10,405 nucleotides of DNA, from contig JBBITJ010000016.1 of assembly GCA_037440825.1 (NCBI GenBank), forward strand, positions 1-10,405. Direction: 5' to 3'. Each line of letters starts with the position of its first letter. Within the stretch, counting starts at the first letter, position 1. This document shows positions 1 to 5,970 of the stretch, in pieces. This DNA comes from Candidatus Micrarchaeota archaeon (GTDB lineage: Archaea; Micrarchaeota; Micrarchaeia; Anstonellales; Bilamarchaeaceae). The notes below the pieces were generated by a model, which saw only the letters and a list, made by a program, of their open reading frames with translations, made no database searches and was not told where the DNA came from. The position numbers and the translations under genes were made by a program.

Positions 1-2
1 TG

Positions 3-266
3 TTCGGCAACGCGCTGAGCTTCGACGGCACCAACTACATATTAGTTCCGGACGCGCCCCAGTTCCACGTTGTTTCCTGGACGCTGGAGGCGTGGGCGAA
101 GCCAAATTCTTGGCCTTCAAGCGATTACGGTACCGTAGCAGGGAAAGTGGGAAGCTGCAGCGACGCCGCGATCGGTTTCAAGGGCAACGGCAGCGTGGTA
201 GCGTTCCCCTCGCGCTCCAGTGCAGCTGACGTGCCTGCAGTCGGCCGCCCATGCAAATATTTTTAA
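3..266 (+). CDS. 3' end of a LamG-like / concanavalin A-like jellyroll domain protein (5'-partial; domain appears C-terminally truncated)
   Basis: Manual translation from position 3: FGNALSFDGTNYILVPDAPQFHVVSWTLEAWAKPNSWPSS...PCKYF*, TAA at 264-266. 'GNALSFDG..Y' and 'WTLEAWAKP' are typical N-terminal strands of LamG-like domains. Not in the ORF track because it runs off the window edge. Confidence 0.7.
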   Translation, partial: FGNALSFDGTNYILVPDAPQFHVVSWTLEAWAKPNSWPSSDYGTVAGKVGSCSDAAIGFKGNGSVVAFPSRSSAADVPAVGRPCKYF

Positions 267-287
267 ATAGTTTATTCACATATAAGA
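260..287 (+). promoter_or_regulatory. Candidate archaeal TATA promoter(s) for the rps13 operon
   Basis: AT-rich block with TTTTTAAATA (260-269) and ATATAAG (280-286) upstream of a ~100-nt leader; which element is used cannot be determined. Confidence 0.45.
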
Positions 288-390
288 AGAGCGAATAATT
301 CTACTCAACGAGAATTAATGAGCTAAAGTAGGTGCTCGACACCTTCTCCGCCGCATGGAGAAAATCGAGATGTAAAACCGGAAATCACAT

Positions 391-395
391 GGTGA
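391..395 (+). promoter_or_regulatory. Shine-Dalgarno site for rps13
   Basis: GGTGA ending 4 nt before ATG 400; archaeal SD consensus GGAGGTGA. Confidence 0.7.
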
Positions 396-399
396 ATCG

Positions 400-1062
400 A
401 TGGCAGAGAAAAAAACTGAAGCTAAAAAGGACACAAAGGACGCTCCGAAGGAGGAGCCGAAGAAGAAATTCGGGGAGAAGGAGACGCCCCGCGCCAAGAA
501 GCAGGAGGCGAACATAAAGGGAATCAAGAGGATTGCGGGCAAGGACGTGAGCGGAGACTACAAGCTCACAAAGGCACTTCTCAGGGTGCGCGGCATCGGC
601 ACCACGCTCAACCGCGCAGTAGCCAAGATAATAAACAAGAAGCTCGGCATCACGCCAGCGACTCAGGTCGGAGACCTGAGCGATCAGCAGATCGAGGAGA
701 TCGACAAGATCGTCACCTCGCTCCACAAGCATGGAGTGTTCGAGTACATGCTCAACAGGCGCAAGGACGTTTCCGAAGGCGGGAACAAGCACGTCATAAT
801 GAACGACCTGATCTTCGCGAACAAGCAGGACGTGGACAGGGAAAAGAACGTTTACAGCTGGAAAGGCTACAGGCACGCATACGGCCAGAAGGTGCGCGGA
901 CAGAGGACCAGGAACACGGGACGCGTGGGAATGACCGTCGGTGTGCTCAGGAAGGCGATACTCGCCCAAGCGAAAGCGGCTGCGCCAGCAGCGGCAGGAG
1001 GAGCGGCGCCAGCAGCGGGCAAGCCCGGAGCCGCAGCGGCCAAGCCGGCAGAAAAGAAATAG
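400..1062 (+). CDS. rps13: 30S ribosomal protein uS13 (archaeal) with Lys/Glu-rich N-terminal and Ala/Pro-rich C-terminal extensions
   Basis: RIAGKD, AL..VRGIG, 'LNRRKD...G..KH' and the hallmark 'SWKGYRH..GQKVRGQRTRNTGR'; first gene of the archaeal S13-S4-S11-RpoD cluster. Confidence 0.98.
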   Translation: MAEKKTEAKKDTKDAPKEEPKKKFGEKETPRAKKQEANIKGIKRIAGKDVSGDYKLTKALLRVRGIGTTLNRAVAKIINKKLGITPATQVGDLSDQQIEEIDKIVTSLHKHGVFEYMLNRRKDVSEGGNKHVIMNDLIFANKQDVDREKNVYSWKGYRHAYGQKVRGQRTRNTGRVGMTVGVLRKAILAQAKAAAPAAAGGAAPAAGKPGAAAAKPAEKK

Positions 1063-1071
1063 GTGGATTGA

Positions 1072-1623
1072 ATGGGAGACCCGAGGAAGCTCAAGAACAA
1101 ATACTCAAAGCCGAAGAAGCTCCTGGACAAGGCCAGGATTGAGGAGGAGAGCAAGCTCAAGTACGCGTATGGACTCAAGAACATGCGCGAACTTTGGCTT
1201 GCATCCCAGGAACTCAAGAAGTCCAGGCGCGAAGCGAGGCGCCTTCTCTCCCTCACCGAGTCGCAGAGGAAGAGCGAGGAGGGAATAGTGCTCTCCAAGC
1301 TCCAGAGGCTTGGAATACTTGACGACAAAGCCAAGGTCGAGGACATACTTTCGCTCACGGTGAAGGACATGCTCGAAAGGAGGCTCCAGACCCGCGTGTT
1401 CAGGAAAGGGCTCGCCAAGACCATGGCGCAGGCGCGCCAGCTCATCACCCACGGCTTCATCGCAGTGGGCGATAGGCGGATAAACGTCCCTTCGTACCTG
1501 GTGAGCGGAAAGGAGGACGAGGGCATCAGGCACTACAAGAAGATCGAGATAGAGCACAACTTCATGCAGGCAAAGCCGTCCGCTGAAGCGGCCAAGCCCG
1601 CAGAAGCCAAGACCGAAGCGTGA
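1072..1623 (+). CDS. rps4: 30S ribosomal protein uS4 (archaeal)
   Basis: MGDP start, YGLKN.RELW, S4 domain '[31 protein letters not shown]....INVPSYLV'; SD-like AGGTGG at 1061-1066. Confidence 0.98.
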   Translation: MGDPRKLKNKYSKPKKLLDKARIEEESKLKYAYGLKNMRELWLASQELKKSRREARRLLSLTESQRKSEEGIVLSKLQRLGILDDKAKVEDILSLTVKDMLERRLQTRVFRKGLAKTMAQARQLITHGFIAVGDRRINVPSYLVSGKEDEGIRHYKKIEIEHNFMQAKPSAEAAKPAEAKTEA

Positions 1624-1628
1624 TTCTT

Positions 1629-2123
1629 ATGACTGAAAAGATCGAAACCAAGGAACCTGCGGTTGCAAAGCCTGCCGAAGCACCGGCTGCGGCACCTGCT
1701 GCAGCAGCTCCGGCTGCACCTGCACCAGATCCACGGAAGAGGGGCAAGCTCGCAATAGTGCATGTCTATTCGTCCAAGAACGACACCATAATAACCGCGA
1801 CTGACGTGAGCGGCGCAGAGACGCTAACGTGGGCCAGCGGCGGAATGATGGTGAAGTCCGACAGGGAGGAAGGAAGGCCGTACGCAGCCATGCAGGCCGC
1901 AATCAAGGTCGTGAACTCCCTCAAGGAGAAAGGAGTGACGAACGTGCAGATCAAGATAAGGGCGCCGGGAGGCAACCAGTCCAAGACTCCGGGCGGAGGA
2001 GCCCAAGCGGTCGTCCGTGCGATGGCCAGGATGGGCATCCGCATAGAGAGGATAGATGACGTCACCCCGATACCCACCGATTCGATGAGGAAGAAGGGAG
2101 GAAAGAGAGGAAGAAGGGTGTAA
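1629..2123 (+). CDS. rps11: 30S ribosomal protein uS11 (archaeal) with Ala/Pro-rich N-terminal extension
   Basis: '[19 protein letters not shown]...SGGM.VK.DR....PYAAM', 'RAPGG..SKTPG.GAQ', 'DVTPIP...GGKRGRRV'. I prefer ATG 1629 to GTG 1620 because GTGAT (1620-1624) is then placed as an SD. Confidence 0.97.
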   Translation: MTEKIETKEPAVAKPAEAPAAAPAAAAPAAPAPDPRKRGKLAIVHVYSSKNDTIITATDVSGAETLTWASGGMMVKSDREEGRPYAAMQAAIKVVNSLKEKGVTNVQIKIRAPGGNQSKTPGGGAQAVVRAMARMGIRIERIDDVTPIPTDSMRKKGGKRGRRV

Positions 2124-2127
2124 TCCC

Positions 2128-2712
2128 ATGAAGATAAACTTCACCAGGGAGGACGGGAACAAGCTCCAGTTCGAGCTTTCGGACACGACCACTGCGTTCG
2201 CGAACGCGGTGCGCCGCTACATTATGAACCGCGTGCCAGTGATGGCGATAGATAATGTGACGTTCTACGAGAACACGTCCTCGCTTTTCGACGAGTTTGT
2301 GGCGCACAGGCTCGGACTGATCCCGCTGACCACTCCGAAAGGCGTTCCGGCTGACTCCGAAGTGATGTTCTATCTTGATGCGAAGGGTCCGAAGATGGTC
2401 TATTCTTCGGAGCTCGAGACCAAGGACAAGGACGTCAAGCCTGCGAAGGACAAGATTCCGATAGTCACGCTCTCCAAGGACCAGTCCTTGAGGCTGGAGG
2501 CGAAAGCCAAGCTGGGCACGATGGACAAGCACGCGAAATTCCAGCCCGGCCTCGCGGCTTATGAGATCGCTGACGGGACCTACAAGTTCATCGTCGAGTC
2601 CTTCTTCCAGATGCCTCCCAAGGAGCTCGTCTCCCGCGCGCTCGTTGCGCTCGAGGACGATATCTCGGAGCTCTCCAAGGAGCTCGAGAAGGCGGGCAAG
2701 AAGAAAAAGTAG
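2128..2712 (+). CDS. rpoD: DNA-directed RNA polymerase subunit D (Rpo3), short form without the Fe-S domain
   Basis: 'FANAVRRYIM..VP.MAID.V.FYENTS.LFDEFVAHRLGLIPL', 'G....HAKFQP', 'YKFIVES'; follows rps11 as expected. Confidence 0.96.
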   Translation: MKINFTREDGNKLQFELSDTTTAFANAVRRYIMNRVPVMAIDNVTFYENTSSLFDEFVAHRLGLIPLTTPKGVPADSEVMFYLDAKGPKMVYSSELETKDKDVKPAKDKIPIVTLSKDQSLRLEAKAKLGTMDKHAKFQPGLAAYEIADGTYKFIVESFFQMPPKELVSRALVALEDDISELSKELEKAGKKKK

Positions 2713-2732
2713 TTCTTTTTTAAACTCTTTTT
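2713..2732 (+). terminator. Oligo-T tract(s) after rpoD (archaeal-type terminator), overlapping a TTTAAA TATA-like element
   Basis: TTCTTTTTTAAACTCTTTTT directly after the rpoD stop codon. Confidence 0.55.
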
Positions 2733-2751
2733 ACGTAGTCAATCAATAAAT

Positions 2752-2964
2752 GCGTCCAGAACTTCTGAACGCCTATGCAAGGGTGGCAGCGCTATGCAAG
2801 CCATTTCCCTGCATCATGAACCGTAAGGTTCCAGGTCTCCAGTCGCCAGTTGCGACTGTCTCGAAAAGTTGCGTGGCAACTTTCCGATCGGGTTTCCAGT
2901 TTCGTCGTCACGGAACGGGGGACAGAAGACAAGAACCACAGGCGTGTTCAAAACTCGGAACACG
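2752..2964. ncRNA. Candidate structured non-coding RNA or long structured leader of the tRNA pair (family unknown)
   Basis: Seven nearly back-to-back stem-loops found by eye, including GAACC-GTAA-GGTTC (GNRA loop), CAGTCGC/GCGACTG, AAAGTTGC/GCAACTTT and CGTGTTC/GAACACG. No convincing coding frame. Confidence 0.55.
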
Positions 2965-2982
2965 AAACACATAACATTTCTT

Positions 2983-3068
2983 GCAGGGGTGGCGGAGCCC
3001 GGTCAAACGTGCTAGCTTGAGGGGTTAGTGGCCTAGCGCCTGCGCAGGTTCAAATCCTGCCCCCTGCA
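2983..3068 (+). tRNA. tRNA-Leu(GAG)
   Basis: Acceptor GCAGGGG/CCCCTGC, discriminator A; anticodon arm CTAGC-TTGAGGG-GTTAG (GAG at 3019-3021); long variable arm; T arm GCAGG-TTCAAAT-CCTGC; CCA not encoded. Confidence 0.96.
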
Positions 3069-3079
3069 ATTTTTCTCAC

Positions 3080-3150
3080 GCGATCGTAGTCTAGTGGTAG
3101 GATTCAAGCCTTCCAAGCTTGTGACCCGGGTTCAAACCCCGGCGATCGCA
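3080..3150 (+). tRNA. tRNA-Gly(TCC)
   Basis: Acceptor GCGATCG/CGATCGC, discriminator A; anticodon arm CAAGC-CTTCCAA-GCTTG (TCC at 3112-3114); T arm CCGGG-TTCAAAC-CCCGG; CCA not encoded. Confidence 0.97.
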
Positions 3151-3155
3151 TCAGA

Positions 3156-3204
3156 AGAACCAGGGGAAACTTATTTTCTGATATCTTGCGTTTCCCCCAG
3201 TTCT
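3156..3204. repeat. Inverted repeat / stem-loop between the convergent tRNA-Gly and sufU
   Basis: AGAAC-CA-GGGGAAAC (3156-3170) vs GTTTCCCC-CA-GTTCT (3190-3204), 19-nt loop. Confidence 0.65.
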
Positions 3205-3272
3205 CTTTACATTCCCGCCTCCCTTCCAATCACGGTCGCTACGCTCCCTGGCATTTCCGCTGTAAAAATAGA

Positions 3273-3644
3273 CTACTTCATCTCCTTTATTCCCTGCTTC
3301 AATACAGTAAGGGGAAGCATCGCACACTTCACTCTCGAAGGGTTTTTGCTCAAATCAATTCCGATAAGCGTGAAAATCTCCTTCTGCCCCATCTTCTCTA
3401 TTTCAGAAATCTTCTTCCCTTTGATATGCCCTGCAAGAAGGGAAGCCGAAGCCGTGCTTATCGCGCATCCATGGCCCTTGAACTTCGCGTCAGCAACCTT
3501 CTCCCCATCCAGCTTCACGAACATCTGCACCATGTCTCCGCAGGAAGGGTTGTAATCCGTCTTCTTCACTTCAGCGTCAGCTATCTCGCCGAAATTCTCG
3601 GGTTTTTTGTACAATTCCAGAATCCTCTCCATATAGATATCCAT
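3273..3644 (-). CDS. sufU: SufU/IscU-family Fe-S assembly scaffold / sulfur-transfer protein
   Basis: Y..P.NFG, NPSCGD, F.G.GCAIS.ASAS, RVKCA: three Cys plus the Asp; directly downstream of sufS. Start ATG 3644 preferred to GTG 3653. Confidence 0.93.
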   Translation of the reverse strand: MDIYMERILELYKKPENFGEIADAEVKKTDYNPSCGDMVQMFVKLDGEKVADAKFKGHGCAISTASASLLAGHIKGKKISEIEKMGQKEIFTLIGIDLSKNPSRVKCAMLPLTVLKQGIKEMK

Positions 3645-3649
3645 GAGAA

Positions 3650-4864
3650 TCACGAGAACAGCTTCTTCGCCTTCGCCAATCCGGAGCAGAGCGCGTCTAT
3701 GTCCTTCTCATCATTGTAGATGTAGAAGCTCGCACGCGCGCTGTTCTCTATGCATAATTTCTCGTGCAAGGGCTGGGTGCAGTGGTGCCCCGCCCTTATC
3801 GCCACCCCTTCGGAATCCAGCACCTGCGCCAAATCGTGCGGGTGCACGCCCTTCATGGTGAAAGCGATAAGCCCAGTCCTCTTCTCAGGGTTCTTTGGCC
3901 CGAGAATCGAAATCCCTCCTACTTCATCCAGTTTCTCCATCGCGTACTTGAGCAGCCTCAGATCGTGCTTCCTCACGTTCTCCATCCCTATCTTTTCCAA
4001 GTAATCGATAGCAGAAGCGAGTCCAACGACCCCTTCCACATTCGGGGTTCCCGCCTCGAATTTCGCCGGAGGATCGGCCCATTTGCTTCCTTTCTCATGC
4101 ACTTCGGAGATCATCTCCCCTCCGTAGAAGAATGGCTCCATCTTCTCCAGTATCTCGTATTTCCCGTAAAGCACGCCTATTCCCATCGGACCGAGCATCT
4201 TGTGCCCTGTGAAAGCGAAGAAATCTACGCCTATCTTCTTCACATCGACCTTCATGTGCGGGACGCTCTGGCTTCCGTCAGCAACGAAAACCCCGTCCCC
4301 TTCATGCACTATATTCGCCATCCTCTGCACGTCGTTTAACGTTCCCACGACGTTGGACGCGTGCACCACTCCTGCAATAGCGGCGTTTTCCAGCTTGGAA
4401 AGCTCGCTGTCCGGAATGGTCCCTTCCTTGTCAACGTACATGATCTCCAGCTTCGCGCCCTTCTTTTTGGAAACTACCTGCCACGGGACGAAGCTGCTAT
4501 GATGATCCATCACACTGGTTGTAACGCGCTCCCCCTTCTTCACAGCATTCATCCCATACGCGTACATCACCAGGTTGAGCGCTTCGGTCGCGTTCTTCGT
4601 GAAGATTATCTCCTCGGGTTTCGCGTTTATGAACTTCGCGATGCTCTTCCTCGCTTCCTCGTACGCGAGCGTCGCCTCCTCCGCGAGCGTGTACACGCCC
4701 CTGTGCACATTCGCATTATGATTCTCGTAGTAATCGGTTATGGATTGGATGACCTGCTTAGGCTTCTGCGTCGTAGCAGCGTTGTCCAGGTAAACGAGCC
4801 TCTTTCCATTGATCTTGCGCGCAAGTATGGGAAAATCGCCCTTCAACTTATCTGCGTCAATCAT
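3650..4864 (-). CDS. sufS: Group II cysteine desulfurase SufS
   Basis: YLDNAATTQKP, NANVHRG, PLP-lysine motif GHKMLGP, FEAGTP, catalytic loop RAGHHC, RASFYIYN. Confidence 0.97.
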   Translation of the reverse strand: MIDADKLKGDFPILARKINGKRLVYLDNAATTQKPKQVIQSITDYYENHNANVHRGVYTLAEEATLAYEEARKSIAKFINAKPEEIIFTKNATEALNLVMYAYGMNAVKKGERVTTSVMDHHSSFVPWQVVSKKKGAKLEIMYVDKEGTIPDSELSKLENAAIAGVVHASNVVGTLNDVQRMANIVHEGDGVFVADGSQSVPHMKVDVKKIGVDFFAFTGHKMLGPMGIGVLYGKYEILEKMEPFFYGGEMISEVHEKGSKWADPPAKFEAGTPNVEGVVGLASAIDYLEKIGMENVRKHDLRLLKYAMEKLDEVGGISILGPKNPEKRTGLIAFTMKGVHPHDLAQVLDSEGVAIRAGHHCTQPLHEKLCIENSARASFYIYNDEKDIDALCSGLAKAKKLFS

Positions 4865-4867
4865 GTT

Positions 4868-5593
4868 CTACTGCCTCATCCACTCGTATCCCTTCTTCTC
4901 TATCTCCTTGGCGAACTTCACTCCTCCTGACTTCACTATCCTGCCGTCCATCATCACGTGCACGGAATCCGGCTTTATGTATTTGAGTATGTTCGCGTAG
5001 TGCGTGATTATCAAGAACATCCGTTTCCCGTCCCGCGCTTTATCTATCGCCTTCGCCACGGTTTTCAGCGCATCAACGTCCAGCCCGGAATCGATCTCGT
5101 CCAGCACAACGAGCCGAGGAGAAAGGGAAAGCATCTGCACGATCTCGCTCTTCTTCCTCTCCCCTCCGGAGAGCCCCGTGTTCAAATCTCTGGAAAGGAA
5201 AGAGGAATCCATCTTCACTTCCTTCGCGTGCTTCTCCAGTTCGCTCCAGAACTTCATTATGTCCGCATCAGCCTTCCCAATCGCACCTTTGGCTTTCCTT
5301 ATGAAGCTGCGCAAACTGACCCCTTCAACAGCTACGGGATTCTGGAACGCAAGGAACACTCCTCTCTTGGCCCTCTCGTTCGCAGGCATTTTTGAAATAT
5401 CCGTGCCGTCCAGCCCTATTTTCCCTGAAAGGATGTATCTTGGGTGCCCTGCAATCGAATAGCTGAGCGTGGTCTTCCCGCTTCCGTTCGGGCCCATTAT
5501 TACATGCACCTCTCCGTCAGCCACGCTGAGCGAGAAGTTGCGCAATATCTCCTTTGAATCCGTTTTCGCATTCAGCCCCTCTATCCTGAGCAT
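4868..5593 (-). CDS. sufC: Fe-S cluster assembly ABC-type ATPase SufC
   Basis: Walker A GPNGSGKT, FLAFQ.P, LSGGE.KK.EI.Q, DEIDSGLDVDAL, ITHY. The true start is likely ATG 5593 (MLRIEGL, 241 aa) with SD GAAGGTG at 5608-5602; the ORF-track extension to 5671 runs through the TATA box. Confidence 0.96.
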   Translation of the reverse strand: MLRIEGLNAKTDSKEILRNFSLSVADGEVHVIMGPNGSGKTTLSYSIAGHPRYILSGKIGLDGTDISKMPANERAKRGVFLAFQNPVAVEGVSLRSFIRKAKGAIGKADADIMKFWSELEKHAKEVKMDSSFLSRDLNTGLSGGERKKSEIVQMLSLSPRLVVLDEIDSGLDVDALKTVAKAIDKARDGKRMFLIITHYANILKYIKPDSVHVMMDGRIVKSGGVKFAKEIEKKGYEWMRQ

Positions 5594-5660
5594 TTCAAAA
5601 GCACCTTCAAAACTATGCATTATTTCGTTTATTAATCGTTTTGCATGCGTATTCAGCACG

Positions 5661-5668
5661 TATTTAAA
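5661..5668 (-). promoter_or_regulatory. TATA box for sufC-sufS-sufU
   Basis: TTTAAATA on the minus strand, ~70 nt upstream of ATG 5593. Confidence 0.6.
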
Positions 5669-5712
5669 CACTATTATACACTAATAACCATATACATTTG
5701 CCAGTGGTTCTG

Positions 5713-5938
5713 ATGGACGCACTTGTTTGGAGAAGGACCCGCCTGCGCCCCGTAATGAAGGAAATGCTCGAAAAAGGCGCATGCAGATAAGCAGCCCTCC
5801 TGATAAAAGGGGCTGATAGGGAATAAAATACAGGAAATATTCTCCCGGTTCGGGCCGGCAGTAGAATTCCTCATAGGCGCACCAGCATTCATAGGCGAGG
5901 CGTGGAAAGACGAGGTAATGAAAGCGTTCAGGCGCTGA
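5713..5938 (+). pseudogene. Possible decayed small gene between the two SUF arms
   Basis: ATG 5713 MDALVWRRTRLRPVMKEMLEKGACR* (TAA 5788-5790), then AALLIKG, then a +1 shift in a G run (5809-5812) into LIGNKIQEIFSRFGPAVEFLIGAPAFIGEAWKDEVMKAFRR* (TGA 5936-5938). TTATA-like element near 5674. Confidence 0.35.
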
Positions 5939-5948
5939 TTTTTTAAAT
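5939..5948 (+). promoter_or_regulatory. TATA box for sufB-sufD-protease (probably a leaderless mRNA)
   Basis: TTTTTTAAAT ~25 nt upstream of ATG 5971; no SD before the start. Confidence 0.6.
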
Positions 5949-5970
5949 TCCTGAATCCGAATCCTTTTGC

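Noticed and set aside
297..305. AATTCTACT resembling a Cas12a repeat handle
   Set aside because: Single copy, no array and no cas genes in the window.
315..2532. Long antisense and alternative-frame ORFs over the r-protein operon (e.g. 385-969, 867-1526, 2062-2532)
   Set aside because: Expected shadows of genes with strong codon bias; no family motifs.
2752..2964. Assignment as RNase P RNA, SRP RNA, 5S rRNA, group I intron or hammerhead ribozyme
   Set aside because: Diagnostic conserved motifs were not found on either strand by eye.
2750..2974. 74-aa ORF on plus
   Set aside because: No recognisable motif and atypical composition; it coincides with dense RNA-like hairpins. Not fully excluded, since it starts ~25 nt after a TATA-like box.
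3094..3719. Plus-strand ORFs 3094-3555 and 3186-3719
   Set aside because: They overlap tRNA-Gly and/or lie antisense to sufU/sufS; shadow ORFs.
5594..5671. 26-aa N-terminal extension of SufC in the ORF track
   Set aside because: It spans the TATA box and SD; ATG 5593 gives a normal SufC N-terminus.
5674..5892. 72-aa minus-strand ORF in the SUF intergenic region
   Set aside because: No motif or clear promoter/SD; the opposite strand reads more protein-like.
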